DNA of 64,000 nt from the NCBI RefSeq assembly GCF_001194135.2, contig NC_068995.1:19163699-19227698 (forward strand), written 5' to 3'. Shown one piece after another: positions 13,726 to 25,364 of this stretch (positions are counted from its first letter, which is position 1; every line of letters starts with the position of its first letter). The notes under the pieces are model-generated. The model had not been told where the DNA came from. It searched no databases and saw only the letters and a program-made list of their open reading frames with translations. Made by a program: the position numbers and the translations under genes. Source of the stretch: Octopus bimaculoides. Taxonomy: Eukaryota.

Positions 13726-15207
13726 CGCAAAAGACAGGCCAGTATTTTACCATTTGCTAATGTCATAAACTGCGTACAAACTAACAATTTGTTTGAAAGT
13801 GATACTAACATATAAGCAGTGTCACCCAGTTCATTAGGTTAAAGTATTTAAAAATGAATGTAGTGCGCACAGATCAAACAGAAAACATGTAGGCATATAC
13901 ACACTATATCCAGTTAGTCTTATTTTATGTGTTATGAAAGTATACTGTATTTTCCAAGGAAAGATTATAACTTACTGACGAATCAGGCATGTTATAAAGT
14001 TCGCCTAATTTGACTACTCAGTAAATGAATGCTGTTTTATATATCGTCATCATACCAAAAGTAGATTAAGAATAAAGAACTATATCTAAACAAAGCAGTG
14101 AACCAGGCTACGAATGTGAAATAGTTATTGATAGACTCGGTGAAGGTAATCTTTAGAAATAGGTGATAATTGAACATCCAGTAACCTAGAAATAATTACC
14201 AGTGCGTCTTTGGGGAAATTTGAGGTGGCTGGTGAAAATTTGAGATTTAGTAGATTTGTGCATGATGATAATAATGCACGTAATGTTTTTCTCCGGAATG
14301 ATTATCAAAAGGTTAAAGAGTGGACGAGAAAGCCGGGAGGAGTAGAAGCTGTTGGCATAGGTTGGTAAATGATGAGGTGATTCACTAATGGTTACAGCTA
14401 AAAGATATTGGTTTTCATCCATTATTTCGTAAGAAAGTCGCAATGACGTCGTTGATTAGAATGAAGTTAATGTCCACAGGGCATAACGTGGAAAGCGCAG
14501 GTTTCATTTCTTCGGTTTTATAACATTGATCACTGACTTCAATTATTTCCTTTTTAAAGTGTTGTCAGCTTTAAATGGCCTTCAAATAAATTCTTGTACA
14601 GTGATATACAATAATATTCTGGAATGCGTCAAGATATTCTTGCAATTAGAAGTATTTGTATCTGTTATAAAGTTTCTCAAGTGAACAAAGAATATTAAAG
14701 CCTAGTTCACAAATTCAAAAGTCCATTCAATAAGAGTGAGTGCTCAATTTCATTGCAAAAAGAATAAAATCAGCGATATTTGCATGAAAGAAAATTTGAA
14801 AAGATTTATTTTAATTTCATAGAAAGAAAGTAATACGTAACATTCATGCCTTTCCCAAGGGTTCATGTGACAAATATGAAATGTTATTTATTGAAGAGAA
14901 AGTAGACGTAAATGGAAACGGCTGTTCGATCTTCAATGCCTAACAAACAATTTCAAATACATTAAAATTACTACACACACAGAAAGCGAACAGAAAAACA
15001 GTCAGTAAATTTAGATATCATTCTTCAGTAGGATCCAGTTTAAAAGAAAACAACGCAAAAGTGAATTTGTATTTATTGTTGTGATTAGCCGCGTCTAGGA
15101 GGATCAAAATATTTCTGAAAAACAAATAAGTTGTATAATGCTGATTAACGACAGGAAAGAATGTGTGTGTGTGTATGTGTATGAGTGCACATGTATGCAT
15201 ATTTGAG

Positions 15208-15250
<43 letters not shown>

Positions 15251-15619
15251 ACGCAAACACACGCACACACATATACATATATATATTTTTCACAAAGTTC
15301 CTCTGTATACATATTTATATATAAGTATATATCTTTTCGGTTTATCTCGACACATTTCCTCTAAAATTTAGAGCCAGCGTTGAAAGTTACGACATAAATA
15401 ATGCAATCAAGAATAGAAATAGTAGGTACGGAGTGTATATGCATACTTCTGCTTCAGCACCACATCCAGCCAATTAACCATCCTCGAATACATTGGCTTA
15501 AATACACAATAAGTGTAACAATGTGACATTACAGGTTACACCATTGCTGGAAACTTGCACGTACATATCAGTTACAGGTAGCGACGCCGTATTCCATTTT
15601 GAAGCTATATTATATACTA

Positions 15620-16230
15620 CGGAGTATATTGAAGTTGATCGGTTTTTTTTTTTTATTGCTTCTTCCATTTTCATTAGTTCTTGACAGTAAACATCTGAAT
15701 TGATCATTTGGTGCCTTGGAAGCAGCTCAAAACGCGCAATACCTCTGTAATCCAGCCAAAATAACAGCATGGCCTATTTTATGCAATTCAGCTTTCGATG
15801 TGGTTTGTGCTGGTTCATTACGCTTAGAAAATAATCGTTTTCGATGGATGTTATTGTAGACAATCAATTTTACCTCACCAGTGATGATTCGTTTGAAAAA
15901 CAAAAGTTGATTTCATTGGGTTGGAACTGCATATCGCAAATATTGATTCGCTGTGAATCTCTTTCAATTTATGTGGAACCCAAATATCGAGATTCTTAAC
16001 GAGTCCAAGATATTTTAAGTGATTTTCAATTGTTGTGTGTGATATATTTAACCTCGTTGCAATCTCTCGCACATATATATGAGATTCAGATTCAAATATG
16101 GCTTTGATTCTGACATCATCACCTTCAGTAGGCCGATCAGAACGCTGGTCGACTTTGAGTGAAAAATCTCCAGAAAGGAACTTTTTGAACCATATATATG
16201 CGCGTGAGTAGACAAACGAAAAAAGGGCAA
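15620..16230 (-). pseudogene. Mariner-family transposase remnant
   Basis: Translates to WFKKFLSGDFSLKVDQRSDRP...HTTIENHLKYLGLVKNLDIWVPHKL (HTH plus WVPHEL motif) and LLFWLDYRGIARFELLPRHQMINSDVYCQEL. It has frameshifts and lacks the C-terminus. Confidence 0.85.
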
Positions 16231-16232
16231 TC

Positions 16233-16705
16233 AACACATTTATTGGGAGTTACATGTATTGAACGAAACAGTTTGATCCAAACCCATTGGTACTCTGATT
16301 TTCAAACGTCTGGCTATTCTTTGGCCATGGAGATCTGAATGACACTTCCATGGTAGAGATTCAATGCTTATTAATGTACATCAGCCTGCGTTTCGTCGAG
16401 AAAGGTAACGCATTGTAGCAGTTTGGTGTCGATATTTCAGCGACAACAATTACTTGGAAAATACTGCAGGGTGAACAGGAAATTGACCGGGTGGCGGAAA
16501 AGAAATCGGTTGAGTGGTTGAAGAAAATATGAAGGGGTGGTAGATGTGGGGGTATTTATGTATATATGTACATGTATATGGCCATGAATCTGCATATATG
16601 CATCCGTACTTATACGAGTCTATATGTGTGCTTAGATGTACATTCACACATCCACTCCGCGCATGCAAGCACGCTCACAGACATACACATATACACACAG
16701 GAAGG

Positions 16706-16737
<32 letters not shown>

Positions 16738-18211
16738 GACACATATACACACGCACGCATACACATACATACACACGGAGGACACGCATGTGCACACATA
16801 CATACACACGGAGGACACGCATGTGCACACATTTATCTCCATGTATGTACGAGTGCACAGGATCATACGCACACGCGAGCGTATCACGAGTGTGTAACTT
16901 TACATTCATGCACACCCACGCGTGCATAAGTACGCCAGCGCGCACACATCCGTGCTCATGCATACGGTGAGCAGAAGCATATGCACACTGGACATGGGCA
17001 CGCGCTCACATATTCTTGCGTGATCATGAATAAGAAGTGATGTACAATGGGTGAGACTATGTAGGTAGTCAGGCATGGAGAAGTGTTGGGCACTGGTGAT
17101 TTGCAGTGCTGTCATGGGGGTTAATTTGTGACGGCGTCTTTGGTGCAGGTGGTGCTAGTGGTAGCTTGTAGTGAGGATATATATCCGGGTTGTCGGAGAC
17201 CAGTGCCTTAAAATTTAGGAGAAGCTTTTACGTTGATGACAGCAATACGATGACGCGTATTTCTTGTTGAATCATACCGCGGGTTGGTAGATGATATGTA
17301 GTTTTACGCGGACGCACAGCTGATAATTAGGGGCACCGGATAAATACGGTGGCGGCCTGTCGGTAATAGCGTGACAGGCAAGTGGAGTTCTCGCTGTCTC
17401 TGGATCTAAATGAATGCAAGTTCTGGTAATATCTCCACTTGAAGTCATTGGCTGGTCATGTAGTCATTTAAGGATGTAAGGATGGGGTGAGAATGATGCC
17501 AAAATCTTACCTTCTTTATATGTTCCATCAGTCAGTCCTGAAGTGTTCAAGGTCTTTCATACACGAGGAGTACTTTCGGGATTTAAACTCAGACTTATCC
17601 GCTGTTGTAGTAGTGGAAGTGTACTCGTAGAAGAAAGCTTTCTAGCGTCTTCGTTTGTTGACACTATCGGTCTTCTCTGTGCATCACATACTCAGCGAGT
17701 ACGGTAATGGTTGTCTCTCCATTGCAAATTGTTTGTCAGATGTTCGTGAATGGCACTCAACATAGTTTGAAGCAATTATACGAGTGACCAGACAGATAAA
17801 AGAAAGGCATCTAACATATTTATTGGGGGCTTACATGCATAGATCAAAGCAGTTTGATCCAGACTCCTTGGTACTCTGAGTTTCAAGCACATGGTTAGTC
17901 TTTGGCCATTGGGGTATGAATGAGAGTTTCATTGAAGGGAGTCAATGTTTATTACTGGACGTTAACCGGCGATTGGTCGAGAAAGGTATAGCGGTTTGAT
18001 GGTGGTAGTTCAGCGACAACAATTGGAAAATACCGCATGGCAATCAGGAAATCGACCGTGTGGAGAACAGGAAATCGACCGCTTGGTGGACAAGAAATTG
18101 GTCGTGTTGTTGGGAGGAGTATGAAGGGGTGGTAGTTGTGGGGTTATATATGTATATACGTACATGTATATGTCCATATATCTGCGTGTAAGCATCCGTA
18201 CTTATACGAGT
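16233..18211 (-). mobile_element. Penelope-like retroelement remnant bounded by ~390-bp diverged direct repeats (16233-16619 and 17813-18211)
   Basis: The direct repeats are visible by eye (tttattggg...cagtttgatcca...ttggtactctga...cagcgacaacaatt...catccgtacttatacgagt). Internal minus-strand frames (VPLII...YHLPTRGMIQQ...LLLNFKALVSDNPDIYP; RR*KAFFYEY) weakly resemble Neptune-type PLE ORFs. Confidence 0.5.
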
Positions 18212-18266
18212 AGGTGTGTACATTCCTACATCCACGTCCGCACATACGCCTTCGCCACACACGCGC

Positions 18267-18300
<34 letters not shown>

Positions 18301-18668
18301 AATGGAACAAAAAACGCAATAGAGGACAATAAAACATTCGGACAGATAGACTATACAAAGGTGGACAAGAGAAACGACAATTAGAAGGACGGGTCATTTG
18401 TGGCCTTCTTTCCTCAGTCAGCTACCAGAAGTCACGACCGTTTCGGGCAGTTACANNNNNNNNNNAGAACAGGAAATCGACCGCTTGGTGGACAAGAAAT
18501 TGGTCGTGTTGTTGGGAGGAGTATGAAGGGGTGGTAGTTGTGGGGTTATATATGTATATACGTACATGTATATGTCCATATATCTGCGTGTAAGCATCCG
18601 TACTTATACGAGTAGGTGTGTACATTCCTACATCCACGTCCGCACATACGCCTTCGCCACACACGCGC

Positions 18669-18699
<31 letters not shown>

Positions 18700-18702
<3 letters not shown>

Positions 18703-19942
18703 GCTATTTTCATGATTTCCACGCATTTTCAATGCCACTACTTATCAACGAATAGTTTGATAATTGTGTACTTATGGGTCGTAAATGTGACTGAACCTCT
18801 TCAGAGAAGTCTGTTGCTACTTCTGAACTTGCAAAAGGTATATCAACATTAGAAACATCTAAAAAAAATTGGAAGATATCACCAATCTGTGAAAATATTT
18901 GTTTCAGCTCTTACGAAGATGCGCAAGGTAGTCGACAAGGCTCAGTCGAAGGTTATTTCTCAACGTTCTCTGCCACGATTTAAGCGTGAAGCTGTAAAGT
19001 ACCCAGGGCTTACAAGTGGAGAACTTTTCAAACGCAATGTCGTCGTCTGAAAAAGGTCGGTAAACCAGTGACATCAATTAAAAGGACTCTAAAAAAAATT
19101 ACATTTACAAAATCATCTGAAATGGGCATCAGATAATATAAAGGTCGACTTTTCGAAAGTTTGTTGGTTTGTTTATGGACGAGACTCGTACTACCCTTGA
19201 TATATGGAGCAAGTGATTGGTTGTAAATGAACGAGATCGCCGTAAACGCTGGAGACGCCAACAAAGAGGAGGCATCATGATGTGAGCAGGTATTATTGGG
19301 GGTATTATGGTTGGTCCTTGGAAGTTCTTGACTGTATTAAAATAACCGCGGATGCTTAGATAGCCTGTTTGATGGAGCACCTTGAAACTTGGCTAAATAA
19401 GCAAAGCATCCCCTTCAAGACAACCATAATATTCATGCAAGATGGCGCGCTCTCGCACTCAGTGAAGAAAACAACAAGTTTTCCTGAACAATCAGGCTTT
19501 TGTGGGCCTCGGAAGATGAAGTGGCCTGCCTGTTTATCCCGACTTAAACCCGATGGAAAAACATGTGGAGCATTCTAAAGCGACGAGTTTACGAGAATGT
19601 ACACAAATCTATGAGCAAAAATGAAGATTGGCACGCAACAGTAGATACATCTTGTGGTATAACATCAGAGGAGATCTGGAAATTAGCATGTTTCATGGAC
19701 CTGCGTCTTTTCCAACTTATTTCAAATAAACGCTCATATATTCCTTACTTTTGAACGATGTTTGTTTGTTTCTATTCCTACTATGTTTACGACTGTATGT
19801 GTATATTCCAGTATATGCATCAGAATATCAAATTACTATTTTCTTGTTTACATGAGATTTAAGTACAAGTCGCTGACGTAAATTTGGCAAATGACCTTTG
19901 TTTCTGTGTTACATAGCTAATAAATTTGAAACGCAGTGTGTA
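18700..19942 (+). mobile_element. Tc1-superfamily element, TRT/DD37E-like; transposase pseudogene ~18774-19754
   Basis: Translates to MGRKCD*TSSEKS..., LFMDETRTTLD, RRQQRGGIMM*AGIIG..MVGPW, FMQDGALSH...WPAC(S)PDLNPME(N)MWSILKRRVY and ISNKRSYIPYF*. A putative 3' TIR at 19917-19942 reads tacacactgcgtttcaaatttattag on the reverse strand. Confidence 0.85.
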
Positions 19943-19962
19943 TATATACATACATACATGCA

Positions 19963-20001
<39 letters not shown>

Positions 20002-20699
20002 TTGTATATATGTATATATATAACTATATATATGTATGTATGTGTATATATATATATGTGTTTGTGTATATATATCTATACATATATATATATATATATA
20101 TATANNNNNNNNNNNNNNNNNNNNNNNNNNNNNNNNNNNNNNNNNNNNNNNNNNNNNNNNNNNNNNNNNNNNNNNNNNNNNNNNNNNNNNNNNNNNNNNN
20201 NNNNNNNNNNNNNNNNNNNNNNNNNNNNNNNNNNNNNNNNNNNNNNNNNNNNNNNNNNNNNNNNNNNNNNNNNNNNNNNNNNNNNNNNNNNNNNNNNNNN
20301 NNNNNNNNNNNNNNNNNNNNNNNNNNNNNNNNNNNNNNNNNNNNNNNNNNNNNNNNNNNNNNNNNNNNNNNNNNNNNNNNNNNNNNNNNNNNNNNNNNNN
20401 NNNNNNNNNNNTATATATATGTATGTATGTATGTATGTATATATATACTATACTTATATGTATAGTTACAATAATAACACCTCCAAATCTGCATATATGT
20501 TTTAAAAAATATATTCGAATAACTTCTTCCTTTACTGAACATGCCAAAAATGTGTACTAAACTATGGCCATCTGTTGATCCAGAAATTGTGTTTCCTGTT
20601 TTTTTTTTATTTCGCTTTTTATCTGTCATAGACATCCTTTAAATTTGCGTCTACTTCTGCAAGAATCTGAAAAGACAAAACAGATCAGCTGTACAAACT

Positions 20700-21134
20700 A
20701 ATTTCAAAATTTTGGATTTCTTTGTGGAGAATGCTTCATTCTTCCAAAAATCTTCACGTCTACGGCATTCTTATGTTTCCTTAGATGTTGCATATGTCAG
20801 GACTCCAAAGTAAGTCCCATTCCTTGTCTAAAAGAAAGCATTTGTCATTTTGTTTAGAATTACAATATTCTATCCATGTTTGATCAACATTAGTGGAAAA
20901 TATGTTACATGCTTTGTTGTACAATTCATAGGACCCGGTGAGGATTTGCCATCCTTGGCGTTTAAAGTTACGCCATGTTTCAGCTAAACACTTACAGAAT
21001 CTCATCTGATTATTTTCTAAATATATGAATGATTTCCAATTCATAATGCAAGTTCTGAATCTGGAGTTAATATATATTGCAAAACCAAATAAGAGCTCTA
21101 TTGTTGACGTCATATAATGCGAAAATAATGTCAT
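20700..21134 (-). pseudogene. Possible Mutator-like (MULE) transposase remnant; 117-codon ORF at 20781-21134
   Basis: CKCLAETWRNFKRQGW...W...WSPDICN, followed in frame after the stop by IRMP*T*RFLEE*, resembles the animal MULE CxFH..xxWRxx.xG...P..WN...RTNN..EG pattern. Judged by eye only. Confidence 0.4.
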
Positions 21135-21459
21135 TACTCTACACTTATGTCACGTGAAAACAAATACCTCACTCACATTCAGCTACTTACAGAGACGATA
21201 CCTTGTCCACTTCAAATTCATAAATACGAAAATAGTGCATGCATATAGACCAGCGAATGGCATTCTAAATCTAAAATATAGAGAAATAAATAAAAGACGC
21301 AAATAGATATTTAGCTAAATATTTATATGGTTAGATATGATATGATATATCTCATGTCTATGTGTTAGCATTTCTATATGTGAGCATTTCTGATCACCTA
21401 AGCAAGCGCATAACAGAGAAGGCCTGGTGTAGAAATGGAGCCAGCTACGAAAATGTAGC

Positions 21460-21520
<61 letters not shown>

Positions 21521-22043
21521 CACAATGCACACACNNNNNNNNNNNNNNNNNNNNNNNNNNNNNNNNNNNNNNNNNNNNNNNNNNNNNNNNNNNNNNNNNN
21601 NNNNNNNNNNNNNNNNNNNNNNNNNNNNNNNNNNNNNNNNNNNNNNNNNNNNNNNNNNNNNNNNNNNNNNNNNNNNNNNNNNNNNNNNNNNNNNNNNNNN
21701 NNNNNNNNNNNNNNNNNNNNNNNNNNNNNNNNNNNNNNNNNNNNNNNNNNNNNNNNNNNNNNNNNNNNNNNNNNNNNNNNNNNNNNNNNNNNNNNNNNNN
21801 NNNNNNNNNNNNNNNNNNNNNNNNNNNNNNNNNNNNNNNNNNNNNNNNNNNNNNNNNNNNNNNNNNNNNNNNNNNNNNNNNNNNNNNNNNNNNNNNNNNN
21901 NNNNNNNNNNNTATATATATATATATATATATATGAGTGTGTATGATTGCGTATAGTAAGATATATTTATCAATGAAATTCCAACTTAGTCTGATTTTCA
22001 CGTTTTAATATTTACAACTTCCACTATTTTGCAATATTGAAAG

Positions 22044-22221
22044 AAACTAGTACTTTCATGCGTTACACAATCATCAGGTTCATATAGTGACAGATATGTT
22101 CTGCAATTGACAACGGTGCCAGTCGTGTTCCACAATTGACAACTGTGCTAGTTGTCGATTGCGTGACACGACTATCACTGTATAAGTCTGATGATTGCGT
22201 AACACATGGAAGTACTAGTTT
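22044..22221. mobile_element. Foldback MITE-like element with ~47-bp imperfect terminal inverted repeats
   Basis: The left end aaactagtactttcatgcgttacacaatcatcaggttcatatagtga matches the reverse complement of the right end, aaactagtacttccatgtgttacgcaatcatcagacttatacagtga. Confidence 0.75.
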
Positions 22222-22329
22222 AAGTTAAAATTTCGTTCATTAATACACACAGGCATATATCTATATATACTCTCTTTGTGCCTCTGTACAAACACATGCA
22301 ATGAATGTGTCTGTATGTGTGAGTTTCTT

Positions 22330-22545
22330 TGTGTCTATGTTTGTTTTCTTCCTTCATTTGACTACCAGTGTCTGTGCGTTTATGTCCACGTAAGTTAGCG
22401 GTTGTGAAAAAGGGACGATAAAATAAGTACCAGGCTTAAAAAAAAACTAAAACATACGTACCGGAATCGATTCGTCCGACTAAAATTCATCAAGTAGATG
22501 AACCAGTATGATCGCAGTTCAGTGACTGAAACAAGTACAAGAAGA
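22330..22545 (+). mobile_element. SINE family B 3' half
   Basis: gtaagttagcggttgtgaaaaagggacgataaaataagtaccaggctt...cagttcagtgactgaaacaagtacaaga. Confidence 0.65.
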
Positions 22546-24154
22546 GAAAATATCAAAAACACAAACACACGCACAAACGTACACATCACACACATAGATA
22601 TATATATATATAGAGAGAGAGAGGGTGAGAGGCTGAGGGGTGAGAGGGGGGACGGGAGGGAGAGAGAGAACGCAGAGATACTTAATTCTATCGTATCTCA
22701 TATATTGTAAATTGCTCTAAGATATTAATTTCTTCACTTCTCTATCAACGAAATAAAGATGGCGTTACAACGACATTATTTCTTTTTATTTTTTAGACAG
22801 TTGGCTAAAATTGTAACTTTATTGAAAGGTAATATATTGCATTTTAAATTGTGTGTTAATTAATTACTTGACCCAATTTACAGCGTACACTCTATCACGC
22901 ATCTTAAAATAACCTATTTCGTTGACTCCGCATGTATATATTTTATAAGTAGCGATGAGCTACAAATTTCTCTCTGCACATGCATCTATATATATATATA
23001 TATATNNNNNNNNNNNNNNNNNNNNNNNNNNNNNNNNNNNNNNNNNNNNNNNNNNNNNNNNNNNNNNNNNNNNNNNNNNNNNNNNNNNNNNNNNNNNNNN
23101 NNNNNNNNNNNNTATATATATGCATGTGTGCGTTCGTGTGTGTGTGTGTATGTGTGTGTGTGTGTGTGTGTGTGCGTGTGTGTGTATGTGTGTGTGTGTT
23201 TATTTGTGTGCCCGCGAGTGTTTATCAGTAAGTATTATTATATGGGCAGAATGCAGCGGAATGGAATATAGCGCGGAAAAAATAAAGTCGAAGATGGAGA
23301 GACTATGAAAGTGTTGACGTAAATGTTTCTTATATTAACAGTATTTAGAAACAGGCACATCTAACAAAGCAACGAATTTACTACCATAAAGCAAAGCAAA
23401 TGTACAAAATGGGAAATAATGCAATAAAAAAAGTTTTAAGCAGTGAATGATTGATTACAAATTGATATTGGCTATATGGTGCTGCTCAGCCCATTTCTGA
23501 TCTCTCTATTGATTTTTTTCTAAGTTTCTTCATGTTCTTCTTGATCTATTTTGTTCTAATACTTCAACTGTAATATCAGACAAGAAACATTTGTTTAACT
23601 CTTATATCAAATAAATAGTTCGTTGGAAGGACATAAAAATATATTCTACATTTCAGATTTAGCACAATAAATAGTTGATCTATTTCGATCTAAAGAGCAG
23701 TAAGATTTTGTGAGAAATAAAGAAAAATATAAATAAAAATACAAAAAAGATGACACCTAAACAAATATATAATTCCAGCGAAAAATTGATTCTTTAATAG
23801 CATTATAACATACCCATTGAACATGTCTTCACCATGAAACTTATTTCTCAGCGAAGAAGAGAAGTAAAGTTCTCTGAACGAAACACCAACAAAAATTCCC
23901 ACTAAACCCAGCCTAAAATCTTTAGTGTTCACACTATCTGGTAATTGACAGCATTTCCAGCATTTATCCGACAGGCTTTCCAGTGAATCTCTGCATTTCT
24001 GAAACTGAGAATGAGAGCACAAGTCTGCAACACTTCGGATCGACAGACTTTGTTCGAATTGTAGCATTTCTTACCGCTATTTCTCTAGCTAAAGTAGACA
24101 TACACATACTAGCATGCGTGTGTTTTATAGGATTATATCACTATCTATCTATCC

Positions 24155-24188
<34 letters not shown>

Positions 24189-24514
24189 TTGTGTGTATAT
24201 TTGGATGTATGAGTGTTTACGAGCTTTTCTGTTTGTATTTGGGTTGAGCGTGTATGAAATATTTCAAGTTATTGTTTCCATCCGCTATTTCTGTTTTGTG
24301 CTTGTTGGGACACTCGAACGACTATTTATCGCTAAACATGTAAACTTATGACAGCATATATGAAATGTTATAGCTAATAGCCGTTCAGTGCAAGGCCCAT
24401 TGGTCCCTTTGTCTCATTTCATACATATATACATATGCACACATCACATTTACTTGTACACATATCAATATTAGCATGACTATTCATTTACAAGCATATG
24501 TTTGTGTGTGTGTG

Positions 24515-24546
<32 letters not shown>

Positions 24547-25364
24547 NNNNNNNNNNATATATAATAAAGTGTATGGAGACTTGCAGAGCCACATATTTTA
24601 TTTTATTCTTATACACAGCATATTATTTTGACCTTCACGTGTTCCCGCTGCAGCGACTACAAACTGTCGCAAATACAAACTTGCAGTTTGTCGTTGCAGC
24701 TTTATCAGGGTCCATCCATTTGGTTATTCTCGAAGTGAAAGACAACTTTTACCGTCCGGCGAAGAGTGTACGGATTTAACCATCGGAATAATTATCAGAG
24801 CGAGTAACAATTAATTGTAGTCACAGACGTTAGATACCCCTTGATGTGGTTAGCCGTTAACTTGAACATAACTGAGAACAACTACGGTGTCCGACTGGGT
24901 AATATATTAATAAATATACATCATTTTGAAATAATTTAACTAAGACAACACATTTAAGTAATATGGCAGTGGTTTCAGACCGTTACGCGGTGACAGACAA
25001 ATCAGCTGCTTTATCCCGCCAATTTCTGGAAAATAATTGACACTTTCGAGCAGCGTGTTATGATGCTTACTGAACTTTGCACATTAAAAGACTACGTCTC
25101 GCGCACACACGCGCACGCACATTAAACATACACGCATATATATAAACACACGCACACACACACATATCTTTCAACGTGTGTGTCTGTTTATATTTATGTA
25201 TGTATGTTTCAATGCGTGTGTGTGTGTTTATATTTATGTGTCTATGTTTCAATGTGTCTGTGCGCGCGTCATTGACTTTCGATAGGCTGCTCGAGTGAGA
25301 GACCGGAGAAGATAGAAGGTTATTTAGATGGCTAGTCAACTTTTCGTCATATTTACTGATTAAA

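Noticed and set aside
18466-18700. Apparently identical ~230-bp duplicate of 18063-18295
   Set aside because: The copies look identical, one starts exactly at a 10-N gap and both end in (TA)n. This is most likely a scaffolding artefact.
23690-24067. 125-aa minus-strand ORF with CWKCC and a good internal acceptor
   Set aside because: No family similarity, no convincing donor, and an AT-rich low-complexity C-terminal half.
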